DNA from: Myxococcales bacterium
GTDB taxonomy: Bacteria > Myxococcota_A > Polyangia > Polyangiales > DASUME01
Assembly: GCA_047601445.1 (NCBI GenBank)
Contig: JASGJH010000001.1
Span: 1,536,001 to 1,600,000 of the forward strand
DNA: 64,000 nucleotides
Direction: 5' to 3'
The notes under the pieces are model-generated. The model searched no databases. It saw nothing but the letters and a program-made list of their open reading frames with translations, and had not been told where the DNA came from. Each line of letters opens with the position of its first letter. Position 1 is the first letter of the stretch. Of the stretch, positions 39,933 to 49,912 are shown one piece after another. Both the position numbers and the translations under genes were made by a program.

Positions 39933-41270
39933 CTACGGCTTGATGCTCTCGCGGCGAATGCCGGACATACGCACCTGCTGCTCCAGCTTGCGGAAGCGCT
40001 GAGCCAGCGCGCGCACCAGGGCGCCGCTCCAGCCGTCCACGCCGAGCCCTTCGGTCATGGTCTGCTTGTCGAGCACCAGCACAGCCACCGGTCCGACGGC
40101 CTCCACGCTCGCCGCCCGCGGCTCGTCGAGGAGCAACGCCATCTCGCCGAACACCTCGCCGGGCTCCATGAAGTTCAGGGTCTCGTCGCGTCCCTCGGCG
40201 AGCGTGAAGGCGCGGCAGCGCCCGTTGATGATCATATAGGCCGTGTCGCCCACGTCGCCTTCGCGGATGATGAGCTCACCGGGCCGAAACACCTTGCGCG
40301 GCAAATGCAGACCACCGCGCAGGAAGCTGCGCACCGCCTGCTGCAGCTCCACCACGCTGGCGAAGCGATCTTCGGGCCGAGGCCGGATGGCGCGGTCGAT
40401 GATGTTGCGCAGGGTCTTCGAGACACCGAGCCCGCCCAGGGCTTGCTCGACCGGGATCACCGCCCCGGCCCGCGAACGCGCCATCAGCTCCTCGGTGGTA
40501 GCCGCGTCTCCGAACGGCAGCTGACCGCTGACGATCTCGTAGAGCACGGCGCCCAGGCCGAAGATGTCGCAGCCCTCCCCCATCTCCGCCGGGTTTCCTC
40601 GCGCTTGCTCGGGCGCCATGAAGCCAGGCGTGCCCACCGGTCCCACCGCCTCCATCTGGGCGCGCGAGCCGGAGGCCGGTCGCGTCTTGGTCAGGCGCGC
40701 GAGGCCCCAGTCCATCAAGTACACCTGACCGAACTCGCCCACCATGATGTTCTCGGGCTTGAGGTCCCGGTGCACAACACCGCGATGATGCGCGTAGGCG
40801 ACGGCGTCGCAGACCGTGACGAAGATGGACAATCCCTCTTCGAGGCGCTCGGCGGTGCCCACGGCGTGCTCGGGCTGCGCTAGCCAAGCCGCGAACGACA
40901 TGCCCTGTACCAGCTTCATGGTGAAGTAGGGGACGCCTGCCTCGGTCACCGCGAGCTCGTGCACCGGTACGATGTTGGGATGCTCGAGTTGCCCGGTGAT
41001 CTGGGCCTCCGCGATGAAGCCATCGCGATAGAACGACTGGCGAGCCAGGTCCTTGTCGAGGCGCTTGAGCGCCACGTGACGCAGCAGGTTGCGGTCGGTG
41101 GCGGGGTGGATGCGGCCCATGCCCCCGCGGCCGAGCTCGGGATAGAGCCGCAGGTGCGCCGGAGTGGGGATCGCCTCGGCCGCGATCTCGGCGGGGCCAA
41201 TCTTGTGGTCGCCACCGCCCGGAATGGACTCAATCACGTAAACCGGGTCGGGCCCAGGTCGCTTCTCCAT
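39933..41270 (-). CDS. Ser/Thr protein kinase with a C-terminal cyclic-nucleotide-binding domain
   Basis: GRGGMG, VALK, HRDLKPEN, DWG, GTPGFMAPE; FGEMALL...PRAASV. Confidence 0.93.
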   Translation of the reverse strand: MEKRPGPDPVYVIESIPGGGDHKIGPAEIAAEAIPTPAHLRLYPELGRGGMGRIHPATDRNLLRHVALKRLDKDLARQSFYRDGFIAEAQITGQLEHPNIVPVHELAVTEAGVPYFTMKLVQGMSFAAWLAQPEHAVGTAERLEEGLSIFVTVCDAVAYAHHRGVVHRDLKPENIMVGEFGQVYLMDWGLARLTKTRPASGSRAQMEAVGPVGTPGFMAPEQARGNPAEMGEGCDIFGLGAVLYEIVSGQLPFGDAATTEELMARSRAGAVIPVEQALGGLGVSKTLRNIIDRAIRPRPEDRFASVVELQQAVRSFLRGGLHLPRKVFRPGELIIREGDVGDTAYMIINGRCRAFTLAEGRDETLNFMEPGEVFGEMALLLDEPRAASVEAVGPVAVLVLDKQTMTEGLGVDGWSGALVRALAQRFRKLEQQVRMSGIRRESIKP

Positions 41271-41543
41271 GCTGCCTCCGCGCGGGCTTTCCCGAAGGCT
41301 CTCGGAGCCCGCTACGGGTTCTCCTCTTACAGGGTTCTCACCCCGCCGCAAAGCTTCCTGCGGCCCACGCGCTGCGTTTGGTCACCATTTCGTTGGTCGG
41401 CTTTTCCGGTGCACCCGGAGCTGTAACGCCCCCAACCACGAACGAGGCGCCGCGGCGCTCGCTCCGAGGGTGAGCCGTGCAACGGTCGAGTTCGAGCGGC
41501 CCACATGGGCGCCGTACCTGCGCCAATTCGCGGGGTGAAGCCT

Positions 41544-41559
41544 TGGACTGGCGGTTGCT
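41544..41559 (+). promoter_or_regulatory. Possible sigma54 promoter
   Basis: TGGACT-GGCGG-TTGCT, GG-N10-GC, about 33 nt upstream of ATG 41592. Confidence 0.35.
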
Positions 41560-41591
41560 GGCGCAAAAAGCGCCCCGCATGATCGCGCGCA

Positions 41592-42215
41592 ATGCCCAAA
41601 GCCTCGTTGCGCTACGTGACCCTGAGCGCGCTTGCCCTCGTGTGCGCCTGCGGTGACGATCCCGATCCGGCCGCGACCCCCGATGACGACATGGGGGCCG
41701 AGAAGGTTCCGGCCGTCCTCACCTTCGACCCTCGCATGGTCACGCAGCCCCACCAGGGCACGCCGACCCCAGGCGACGGCGACCAAGCTCCGAATCCGGG
41801 CGACGGCGATGGGGACGGCGATGGCGATGGCGATGGCGACGCGGGCCTGCCCGTCGCGACCTACAGCTGCCAGGGCATCTCCACGCCTTGTAGCCTGCTG
41901 AGCAAATACCAGTGCGGCACAGCCAGCGGCTGTACTTACAACGAAGACTGCACGGGCGTCGGCAAGTCCTGCTTCAACCAGATCTCCACGTACACCTGCG
42001 GCGACATCGACGGTTGCTATTGGTCCGGCTCGACCTCCTCCGGCTATTGCGCGGGCTCCTCGCGCAGTTGCTCTCTCTATTCGGACTCCTACGGCTGCAC
42101 CGACCACGGTTGCACCTGGGACGAGGGCTGCTCCGGCGTCTCGACGCTCTGCTCCGGCCTGCCAACCCAGCTCACCTGTCTCAATCAGCCCGGCTGCAGC
42201 TGGGAGCGAGATTGA
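41592..42215 (+). CDS. Cys-rich lipoprotein with a (GD)n linker and four C.G...C...C...GC.W/Y repeats
   Basis: Lipobox VCAC; repeats visible in the translation. Confidence 0.8.
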   Translation: MPKASLRYVTLSALALVCACGDDPDPAATPDDDMGAEKVPAVLTFDPRMVTQPHQGTPTPGDGDQAPNPGDGDGDGDGDGDGDAGLPVATYSCQGISTPCSLLSKYQCGTASGCTYNEDCTGVGKSCFNQISTYTCGDIDGCYWSGSTSSGYCAGSSRSCSLYSDSYGCTDHGCTWDEGCSGVSTLCSGLPTQLTCLNQPGCSWERD

Positions 42216-42217
42216 TC

Positions 42218-44956
42218 ATGCCGACGAACCGATGGCCCTCCCTCGCGTGGCTCGGCCTCGCGCTCGCTGCCTGCCTCTCGGCGTGCAGCAATCCGCCCTC
42301 CAAGGCCTCCGTGGCAGGCGACGGCGACGCTCCCGGATCCAACGAGAATTACGCCTCGTGCAAGCGCTCCGACCAGTGTGAGTCCGGATACTGCCTCGAG
42401 GTGGGCGACGACCGACGCGTGTGCACCAAGGGCTGCGACGAACGGCGCGACTGTCCTTCCGGCGAAAACTGGGTGTGCGGCACCACCCGCGAGCTCGACG
42501 ACTCGCTCTGCCTCTGCCTGGCCGATGGGCCCGAACGGTGCGGCGACGGCATCGACAACGACTGCAACGGCAAGACCGACGATTGCTTGCTGTGCGATGG
42601 TCGCCAGTTCCCGCCCAACAACCGCGAGCACTGTGGTGAGTGCGGCAACACGTGCAAGGTTGGCACGAGCTGCAAGGCCGGCCAGTGCTTGTGCGAAGAC
42701 GGCTCGCCCCCCAACAGCTGCACCAGCGCGGACACGCCGGAGTGTGAAAACGACGGTCACTGCTACGACCGCAACGACTGCACGCGCGACCGCTGTGTGG
42801 CCGGAAGCTGCCAACACACGCTCGCCTTCAACCCCTGTGAGGCCGGCGAGAGCTGCGACCTGGTCACGGGACGCTGCGAACTGGGCTCGGCTTGCTTCAA
42901 GGACGCCGACTGCGGGGACCGCAACGCCTGCACGGCCAACGAGCGCTGCGACCCTGCCCTGCGCGTATGCGTATGGACCACCCTCGACGGCGACCACGAC
43001 GGCGAAGCGCCGCTGATCTGCGGCGGCACCGACTGCGACGACAGCAACGGGATCGCCGGACGCACGCGCCTCGAGATGTGCGACGGCATCGACAACGACT
43101 GTGACAACACGATCGATGGCTTCCTCGCCAGTGTCGACTGCGGAGAAGGCCACCAGTGCTCCGACGGCACGTGCGAGTGTTTGCCTGGTCTTGTGGAGTG
43201 CACGGCGGGCGCCTGCAGCGACCTCGACACTGATCCCCAACACTGCGGCACCTGCGGCCACGGCTGTCCCGCGGGCGCCTCCTGTGACGCGGGGAACTGC
43301 GTATGTCCCGCTGGCGGCGAGCTCTGCGACGGCGCTTGCCAGCTTCCGGATTGGTTCGCGAGCAACGCGTTGCACTGCGGCGACTGCGCCCATGCATGCT
43401 CCGGCGGGCAGACCTGTCAGGCCGGTGCGTGTGCCTGTCCCGGCGGCCTAACGATGTGCAACGGGGTCTGCACCAACACCTCGACCGACATCCATCACTG
43501 TGGTGGCTGCGGCGAGCCCTGCGATGCGAGCGCCGTGGGCTGCGCGGGTGGAGTCTGCCAGTGTCCGCATCAGAGTGACCTGTTATGCGGCGACAAGTGC
43601 GTGAGCTCGGATCACCCGCTGAGCTGCGGCGCGTGCGACACGGCCTGCGCTATCTGCGGAGTCGACCAGTGCATCGGAGCATCCAAGCTCTTCGTGGGCT
43701 TCGGGGGAAGCTGCGCTCTGATGAGCAATGGAGAGCTCTATTGCTGGGGTGGTTTCTCCACCGTGCACCCGCGGCCCACACGCATCGACCTTCCCAATGG
43801 CAGCGCGCTCTCGAACGTGGTGGATGTGGTCTTTGGCTGGGCCCACGCGTGCGCACGCACGAGCGGGAATGAGGCCTATTGCTGGGGCTTCAACGACTAC
43901 GGTGAGCTCGGAAATGGATCGACCACGAGTGCGGAGAGCGCCCAACATGTAGAAATCAGCGCTGGCAAGGCGCTATCCAATGTAGCGGAGCTCGCGGCGG
44001 GCGACGACGTCACCTGCGCGCGGCTCAGCTCGGGCGAGGCCTACTGCTGGGGTTACTACTGGCCGGGCAACGGCAGCAACACTCCCCAGAGCCGGCCCGT
44101 GCGAGTGGAGACGGATGCGAACGTCGCACTCGCCGGCATCAACAGGGTCTTCATGGGCCCCAGAAATGGCTGCGCGGTACTCCAGAGCGGGCAGCTGTAT
44201 TGCTGGGGCGAAAACTCCTACGGCACCGTCGGCGACGGCAGCACCACCACCCGCATGCGTCCCGTGCGCGTCGAGACCGATGTGGGCGTGCCGCTCGCTG
44301 GCGTGGCGGAAGTGGCCGTCGGCAGCCTTCATGCATGTGCACGGCTGAATACCAACGAGGTCTACTGCTGGGGCAACAACGTCAATGGCGAGCTCGGCAA
44401 CGGCAGCACTTCCCAGGCCAACCGCCCTGTGCGCGTGGAGACCATCGCGGGCACCGCGCTCGCCAACGTGGCTGCCATCGCCGTGGGTGATTCTACGAGC
44501 TGTGCCCGTCTCGCCAATGGCGAGATCTATTGCTGGGGCGACAACACGTACGGCATCGCGGGCGCCAACCCGGGACCGACCGTGTCGCGGCCTCAGCGCC
44601 TGGGAGCCAACCTCAATCGGCCCTTCCTCGCGGCGTCGAAGCCCGGGTTCGCCTCCAGCGGCACGGGCCTCGAGAGTGCCTGCGCTCTGCCGTCCGGCGC
44701 GAATCCAACCCTGGCGTGTTGGGGTTACGGAGCAAGCGGACTACTCGGGATCGGTCAGGTCACGTTTTCGCCGCAGCCGACGTACATCAACGGTCCGCTC
44801 GTAAGCGTGTCGTCCTTTGGACTCGGCTACGGCTACGCGTGCGCCCTTTTGAGCAACGGTCTCGTCTACTGCTGGGGAGGCAACCTGAGTGGTGAGCTCG
44901 GCACGGGCAGCAGTGCAACCAACGCCTCGACCCCCCAGCTCGTGCTCTGGCCCTGA
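42218..44956 (+). CDS. Lipoprotein with MopE-type and Stigma1-like Cys-rich repeats and a C-terminal RCC1 beta-propeller
   Basis: Lipobox LSAC; E.CDGIDNDCD; D..HCG.CG..C repeats; repeated H.CA...G..YCWG.N..GELG.G. Confidence 0.88.
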   Translation: MPTNRWPSLAWLGLALAACLSACSNPPSKASVAGDGDAPGSNENYASCKRSDQCESGYCLEVGDDRRVCTKGCDERRDCPSGENWVCGTTRELDDSLCLCLADGPERCGDGIDNDCNGKTDDCLLCDGRQFPPNNREHCGECGNTCKVGTSCKAGQCLCEDGSPPNSCTSADTPECENDGHCYDRNDCTRDRCVAGSCQHTLAFNPCEAGESCDLVTGRCELGSACFKDADCGDRNACTANERCDPALRVCVWTTLDGDHDGEAPLICGGTDCDDSNGIAGRTRLEMCDGIDNDCDNTIDGFLASVDCGEGHQCSDGTCECLPGLVECTAGACSDLDTDPQHCGTCGHGCPAGASCDAGNCVCPAGGELCDGACQLPDWFASNALHCGDCAHACSGGQTCQAGACACPGGLTMCNGVCTNTSTDIHHCGGCGEPCDASAVGCAGGVCQCPHQSDLLCGDKCVSSDHPLSCGACDTACAICGVDQCIGASKLFVGFGGSCALMSNGELYCWGGFSTVHPRPTRIDLPNGSALSNVVDVVFGWAHACARTSGNEAYCWGFNDYGELGNGSTTSAESAQHVEISAGKALSNVAELAAGDDVTCARLSSGEAYCWGYYWPGNGSNTPQSRPVRVETDANVALAGINRVFMGPRNGCAVLQSGQLYCWGENSYGTVGDGSTTTRMRPVRVETDVGVPLAGVAEVAVGSLHACARLNTNEVYCWGNNVNGELGNGSTSQANRPVRVETIAGTALANVAAIAVGDSTSCARLANGEIYCWGDNTYGIAGANPGPTVSRPQRLGANLNRPFLAASKPGFASSGTGLESACALPSGANPTLACWGYGASGLLGIGQVTFSPQPTYINGPLVSVSSFGLGYGYACALLSNGLVYCWGGNLSGELGTGSSATNASTPQLVLWP

Positions 44957-44963
44957 GCGCCCT

Positions 44964-45377
44964 CTAGGAGCGCACTTCGATCTTCATCTCGCCGGCCTGG
45001 AGCGCGCGCACCACCTTGAGCGCTTCCTCGCGACTGTCGTACAGGCGCGTCGGCGAGTGCAGCTTCATGTTGTAGAGGCGCGCGGCGGTGCGCTGGAACG
45101 AGTCGCCACCGTAGCGCACCACCGTGATGGCGCAGGTGTCCACTACGCGACGCATCTGCTCGGCGTAGAACTCGTTCTCTCGCAGGTTCACCGAGAAGCC
45201 ATCGTAGTTCACCACGTAGTAGACCTTCCGTCCGCCGCAGTGTTCGCGCCAGAAGGCGAGCACGCGATCGAAGTGCTCTCGAATCTGCGTCTGGCTATCG
45301 AGGTGGACTTTGGGAAAGGTGACGTGGATGACGTTTTCTTGGGCGTCGTACTTCTGAAAGAACGTCGGCGCGGACAT
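44964..45377 (-). CDS. Hypothetical protein (STAS/SEC14-like)
   Basis: Good coding bias; ends ..LYDSREEAL. Confidence 0.6.
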   Translation of the reverse strand: MSAPTFFQKYDAQENVIHVTFPKVHLDSQTQIREHFDRVLAFWREHCGGRKVYYVVNYDGFSVNLRENEFYAEQMRRVVDTCAITVVRYGGDSFQRTAARLYNMKLHSPTRLYDSREEALKVVRALQAGEMKIEVRS

Positions 45378-45535
45378 GATGACTGCGACTCTACCGAGCG
45401 ACGCAAAAGCGGGTCAAAGGACAGGCGCGCCCGCCTCCGCACAACGACTTCGCGAAGGCATGCTCTTGACCCAAAGGAGGTGCCCGCGCCCTTGCTGCGC
45501 TGGATGTGGGAGCACGGAGCCTTCGTCTCCCACGC

Positions 45536-46159
45536 TCAAAAGCGCGAGATGCGCGGCACGAACGCCTCACCGCAGGCCGGACACTGAAACGCGCCGTCCT
45601 CGGGCAACTGCAAAAACTGGAGTGGCTGCACATGGCAGAGCGGACACGGGAAAGCGGCCGCCACGTACTTGCGCTCGTTGCGCGGGCACGCCTCCGGGAC
45701 CTGCCAGACGCCAACGGCCGGCATCGGCACGCCAGCCTGAGCGCCATGCAAGCGCGTCACCTCTCGCACGATCACGTCTACGCGATCGCTCGCCGGGACG
45801 ATCCACAGTGCCCGCCAGCTGAGCTCGGGAAACGGCATGCCCAGGCCCGCGCGCTCGATCACAGCGACGCAGGGCTCGGTGACACGGCTCAACCCCGCGA
45901 GCCGCATCAGCTGCTGAAGCACTTGTCCGGCCGAGCTGAAGTCATGGCGTTCGTGGTGCGAGCGCGCTGCGTGCCACAGCTCGAAGCTCCCAGCTCGAAT
46001 CTCCACGTCGCACGGCGTCGCCGCAATCTGCGCGGCCAGCTTGACCGCTGCCACCTCGACCGGTGGACGCAGGCTACCTGCGAGGACAGAGCTGATCCGT
46101 GCCCAGGTCTCCTCGGGCGCGCTCAACTCCGTTGTTGCCGTCGCAACTCGGTCCGTCAT
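45536..46159 (-). CDS. Hypothetical protein with a C-terminal zinc ribbon
   Basis: GGAGG RBS; CPLC-x15-CPAC. Confidence 0.55.
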   Translation of the reverse strand: MTDRVATATTELSAPEETWARISSVLAGSLRPPVEVAAVKLAAQIAATPCDVEIRAGSFELWHAARSHHERHDFSSAGQVLQQLMRLAGLSRVTEPCVAVIERAGLGMPFPELSWRALWIVPASDRVDVIVREVTRLHGAQAGVPMPAVGVWQVPEACPRNERKYVAAAFPCPLCHVQPLQFLQLPEDGAFQCPACGEAFVPRISRF

Positions 46160-46394
46160 GCATGCCTCCGCAGCAACGCTCAGATATCTCTTCTGTGCGC
46201 GCAGACGGAAGCTTCGTCAACCGGCCACGGCAGCGAACCCCGCCTTTTTTTTCGCGCGGCGACCGCAGTGTTTCGGCCCTGTTTTTGGGCGCTTTCGACC
46301 CTGCAGTCGGAGTGCGTCGCGTCGCCTGGGAGACGGCGCCGCGCGGCCGCAACACTCGCCTCGTGGGGGCACGGCGCGCGCGACCTCTCGATCC

Positions 46395-46511
46395 TCAGCG
46401 GCCCTTTTGCTTGCTCGCCATCAATGCCTCGTGGGCGGCGTGCTTCTTGTCTTTCTGGGTGCGGGTGTGCTTCTTGAGCTTGTCCTTCGACTTCGGCGAC
46501 TTGTCTCCCAT
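46395..46511 (-). CDS. 38-aa lysine-rich small protein (MGDKSPK type)
   Basis: GGAGGT RBS 5 nt before ATG; MGDKSPKSKDKLKKHTRTQKDKKHAAHEALMASKQKGR*; too short for the ORF track. Confidence 0.7.
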   Translation of the reverse strand: MGDKSPKSKDKLKKHTRTQKDKKHAAHEALMASKQKGR

Positions 46512-46804
46512 CGGGCACCTCCATGCTCAGTGCACTGGAAAGTCTTCCACCATTCTTCGAAAGCACCAGCTCGGTCTGCTCGTTTTGTGCAGGCAGCTCG
46601 CACCCCCGTGACGGCTCGTGTCAGAACGCATGTTTTTCGCGGGCAAAGCGCCGGCGTCTGCCGAGGCTTGCGCGGGTGCGATAGCGATGTTCCTCGCTCT
46701 CCGCGAGCGCTTATCCGCCAGTGCGAGTCCGTTCAAGGGCACACGGTCTGCGCTGCACGAGCAAGGGCTAGCTCGTTCGCACGCGTCGTGGTTATCTGCA
46801 GGCC

Positions 46805-47485
46805 ATGTCGCGCTCGCGCTTCACTCGCTACACCCTGCGCACGTCCAGCCCGGACGCTGCGCGCCGCTTCTATGCCGCATTGCTCGGCCACGACCAGAGC
46901 GAGATTTTCCCCCTCCACGAGCAGGCGGTGGCCCGCGGAGCGCGTCCCCACTGGCTCGGTCAGATCGAGGTTGAAGACATCGAGCGCGCTGCCGACGCCT
47001 TCGTCGAGCGCGGTGCCACCCGCATGGGGCCCGTGGCCAGCTTCCCCGATGGACACCGCTTCACGGTGCTGCGCGATCCCGGTGGCGCCATCGTGGGCCT
47101 GGTGTCTGCGAGCAACTATCGCGAGCCCAACCAGGTCGTCTGGCACCAGCTCAACACGCACGCCTTCGCGAAGGTGAGCACGAGCTACGCGGAGTTGTTC
47201 GGGTGGCGCATGACCGTGCTCAAGGAGCACCCCCAGCACGGTGCGTTCCAGCACTTCCGCTGGCCTCACTCCGATCATGACTGCGGGGCCATCACCGACG
47301 TCACCGGCAAGGCTGGGCGGCATCCGCACTGGCTGTTCCAGTTCCGCGTGCCCGATCTCGCGCGCGCCATGGACCTGGTGCGCGCCGAAGGCGGCCTCGT
47401 GCTCGGCCCCTATGTGTGGCACGACGGCGAGCGTGTCGCGGTGTGTGACGATCCGCAGGGGGCCGCTTTCGCGCTGCGTGGTTGA
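46805..47485 (+). CDS. Two-domain VOC family protein
   Basis: AARRFYAAL, LRDPGGA.VGL, WHQLNT, DDPQGAAFAL. Confidence 0.88.
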   Translation: MSRSRFTRYTLRTSSPDAARRFYAALLGHDQSEIFPLHEQAVARGARPHWLGQIEVEDIERAADAFVERGATRMGPVASFPDGHRFTVLRDPGGAIVGLVSASNYREPNQVVWHQLNTHAFAKVSTSYAELFGWRMTVLKEHPQHGAFQHFRWPHSDHDCGAITDVTGKAGRHPHWLFQFRVPDLARAMDLVRAEGGLVLGPYVWHDGERVAVCDDPQGAAFALRG

Positions 47486-47501
47486 TGCGTCCGTAGTTCG
47501 A

Positions 47502-48746
47502 CTAGGGTGCGCTGACCTTGGCCGATGCATGGGCTGGCCCTTGAGCGCTCACGATCCAGCCCGCTAACTCGAGGGCGCCAGCATCGTCCAGCACGTTGGC
47601 GTACGTGGGCATGGGGGTGCCGGGCAAGAAGGCCTCGGGATTTCGGATCCAGCGGGCGACCTCGGCCACATCCTTGCCAGCGGCTTGGGCGAGCTTCTCG
47701 TGGTAGCGGGCGCCCGCGCCGTGGCAGCCGCTACAGCCGAGCTCCTGGAACTTCGCGGCCGGCCCTCGCGCGGTGCCCTTCGCCCGAGACGCCGCCTTGG
47801 CGACGCGGCCCGGCACCTCGTTGACCTTCGCAGGCAATGAACGGAGATAGAGGAACAGCGCATCGAGCTCCTCCTCCCGCGCACCCCGGAAGCGCGGCAT
47901 CGGATAGCCCACCGCGGTGCCGTCGGGACGGATGCCCTCGCGCAGCGCGCGAACGAACTCGTCGCGCGTCCAGCGACCGATGCCCGTGCTCGGATCCTTG
48001 GTGAGGTTGGGCGAGTACACCGCGTGGCCCTCGGCATCCACCATGTCGGCGCCGCCCGCATAGGCATCGGGGCCGCTCAGCTTGTCAGGGTCCATGCCTG
48101 CGGTGTGACAGTCGCCGCACTGGTAGACCGAGTCCGCGAGGTAGCGACCGTAGGCCACGCTGGCGGCGGGCGCCGGTGCCTGGATGCCCGAGCTCGGTCG
48201 CTCCGCCGGGCTCAGCATGCCCGCAGCGAATAGCGCGGCCTTGCCGGCCAAGCTGAGTTCGGAGCGTGGAGCAGGCCGCGGGTCCGGGGCGAACAGCGCG
48301 TCGTCCGTGCGCAAGAACCCGATCACGGCGGCAAGGTCGGCGTCGCTCATGCCATAGGTCGGCATGGGCCCGAGATGCCCGTCACGATTGACGCCGAAGC
48401 GCACCATGCGCGCGATGGCCCCATCGTCGAGCTTACCAATCCCCGCCTGTGGATCCGAGGTCAGGTTGGCGGCGTAGAACCTGCCGAGCCACGCCGGTAC
48501 CTCCGCCATCAGCGCCCCGGAGGCCCGGGTGGCGAACGCAGGCCGATGACACACCTCGCAGCTCGCGTGGAAGATGGCCGCTCCCCGAGCGATGCCCTCC
48601 GGCGACGCGTCGGCCCGGATATCGGGGAATGGCAGGTCGTGGGTGCGCCCAGCCTGGTAAGCGGCCGCCACGAACACCCCCGCCAATGCCAGGCAGACGA
48701 GGCCGAGCACGCTGGCTACAATCCGAAATACTTTGCGCAGCTTCAT
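47502..48746 (-). CDS. Membrane-anchored tri-heme c-type cytochrome
   Basis: CEVCH, CGDCH, CSGCH; ANLTSDP and SPNLTKDP.TGIG.W motifs. Confidence 0.9.
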   Translation of the reverse strand: MKLRKVFRIVASVLGLVCLALAGVFVAAAYQAGRTHDLPFPDIRADASPEGIARGAAIFHASCEVCHRPAFATRASGALMAEVPAWLGRFYAANLTSDPQAGIGKLDDGAIARMVRFGVNRDGHLGPMPTYGMSDADLAAVIGFLRTDDALFAPDPRPAPRSELSLAGKAALFAAGMLSPAERPSSGIQAPAPAASVAYGRYLADSVYQCGDCHTAGMDPDKLSGPDAYAGGADMVDAEGHAVYSPNLTKDPSTGIGRWTRDEFVRALREGIRPDGTAVGYPMPRFRGAREEELDALFLYLRSLPAKVNEVPGRVAKAASRAKGTARGPAAKFQELGCSGCHGAGARYHEKLAQAAGKDVAEVARWIRNPEAFLPGTPMPTYANVLDDAGALELAGWIVSAQGPAHASAKVSAP

Positions 48747-48795
48747 GAAATTCCTCGCGCTTCTCTACGCCCTGGCCGGGGCGTCCCTTGTGACC

Positions 48796-48828
48796 TCGGA
48801 CGCCAAGAGATCGGTTTCGGGCGCCAAG
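48796..48828. promoter_or_regulatory. Direct-repeat AraC-type binding site
   Basis: TCGGACGCCAAG (48796-48807) and TCGGGCGCCAAG (48817-48828), 21-bp period, between divergent starts. Confidence 0.55.
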
Positions 48829-48843
48829 CGCGCGGACCTCGTG

Positions 48844-49854
48844 ATGAACAGCATCGTGCGAGGCCTGTTGGACTTCGCAGAGAGCCGCGGCGTCGTGCGC
48901 GCGGACTTCCTGTCGCGGATTGGCCTCGAGCCCTCCGACCTGGAGGATCAAGACGGCTTCGTCCCGCTCGAGGCCTACGCGCGCGCCTGGGAGTTCCTCG
49001 ATGCCCAGGCCGGTCACGAAGAGCTCGGGCTGGCGCTCGTTGGCGCAGCCTCCCTGCATGCGCTCGGTGCGCTGGGCTACGCCATGGTGCACGCCGAGAG
49101 CGCCCTGGCCGCACTCCTGTTGTTTCGTCGTCATCGCCGCTTGATGAGCGACTCCCTGGCCCCTGAAATCGACGTCGACGACTCCCAGGTAGTCTTCCAC
49201 CTGGTCTGGCCTGCGCGCTTCGCTCGCATCACGGCGCTGGCCGACCAGGCCCTCGCCGGTCCCATCCACGTGATGCGAGCTCTCACCAAGCTGCCCGAGA
49301 GCGTGCCTCTGGCACTCGAGGCTTGGTATCAGGGTCCGCGCCCAGCCGGCATGGACCGTGCGCAAGCCCTCGGCTGCAAGGTGCGCTACGGCGCCCCCGA
49401 GATGCGGCTCGTGCTACGCAGGGAGCCCCTCGAAGCCGCGCTGCCACGTCACGACCCGGAGCTGTTCCGCTACCTCTCACGCCACACCGAGGCCATCGCC
49501 GCCCGCGTACCCCAGACCGCGCCGACGCGTGATTTGGTGCGACGCGCGCTGGTCGAATCGTTGCGCCAGGGCGAGCCCATTCAAGCGGACGTCGGCCGCA
49601 AGCTCGGCCTAAGCGAGCGCACTCTGCAGCGCCGGCTGCGTGACGAGGACACTACCTTCGCCGCGATCCTCGACGACCTGCGCCGCGAGCTCGCGCAGCT
49701 CTACCTGGCCAGCCCGGACGTCAGCTTGCACGAGGTGGCCTTCTTGCTCGGCTACTCGGAGCCGAGCGCCTTCCACCGCGCCTTTCGGCGCTGGACCGGG
49801 CTTACTCCACAGGCCTTCCGACGTTCCGGAGCCCTTCGAGAACCCGCAGGTTGA
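48844..49854 (+). CDS. AraC family transcriptional regulator
   Basis: LGLSERTLQRRL...F...EVAFLLGYSEPSAFHRAFRRWTG. Confidence 0.93.
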   Translation: MNSIVRGLLDFAESRGVVRADFLSRIGLEPSDLEDQDGFVPLEAYARAWEFLDAQAGHEELGLALVGAASLHALGALGYAMVHAESALAALLLFRRHRRLMSDSLAPEIDVDDSQVVFHLVWPARFARITALADQALAGPIHVMRALTKLPESVPLALEAWYQGPRPAGMDRAQALGCKVRYGAPEMRLVLRREPLEAALPRHDPELFRYLSRHTEAIAARVPQTAPTRDLVRRALVESLRQGEPIQADVGRKLGLSERTLQRRLRDEDTTFAAILDDLRRELAQLYLASPDVSLHEVAFLLGYSEPSAFHRAFRRWTGLTPQAFRRSGALREPAG

Positions 49855-49912
49855 CCTCGACTTGGCGGTGACGCGGGCTTGGACGGCGGGCGGCGGCCGC
49901 GAGTGTCCCCTA

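Noticed and set aside
41799..41840. GGCGAT-like tandem repeats as a CRISPR array or contingency locus
   Set aside because: In-frame Gly-Asp codons with synonymous variation; no spacers and no cas genes.
41912..42217. ORF-track N-terminal extensions (also 733, 25865-26314, 48733, 50042, 60380)
   Set aside because: They overlap neighbouring genes or promoters; downstream starts have an RBS, signal peptide or coupling.
43700..44950. Periodic TACTGCTGGGG repeats resembling an array
   Set aside because: They encode the YCWG motif of RCC1 repeats.
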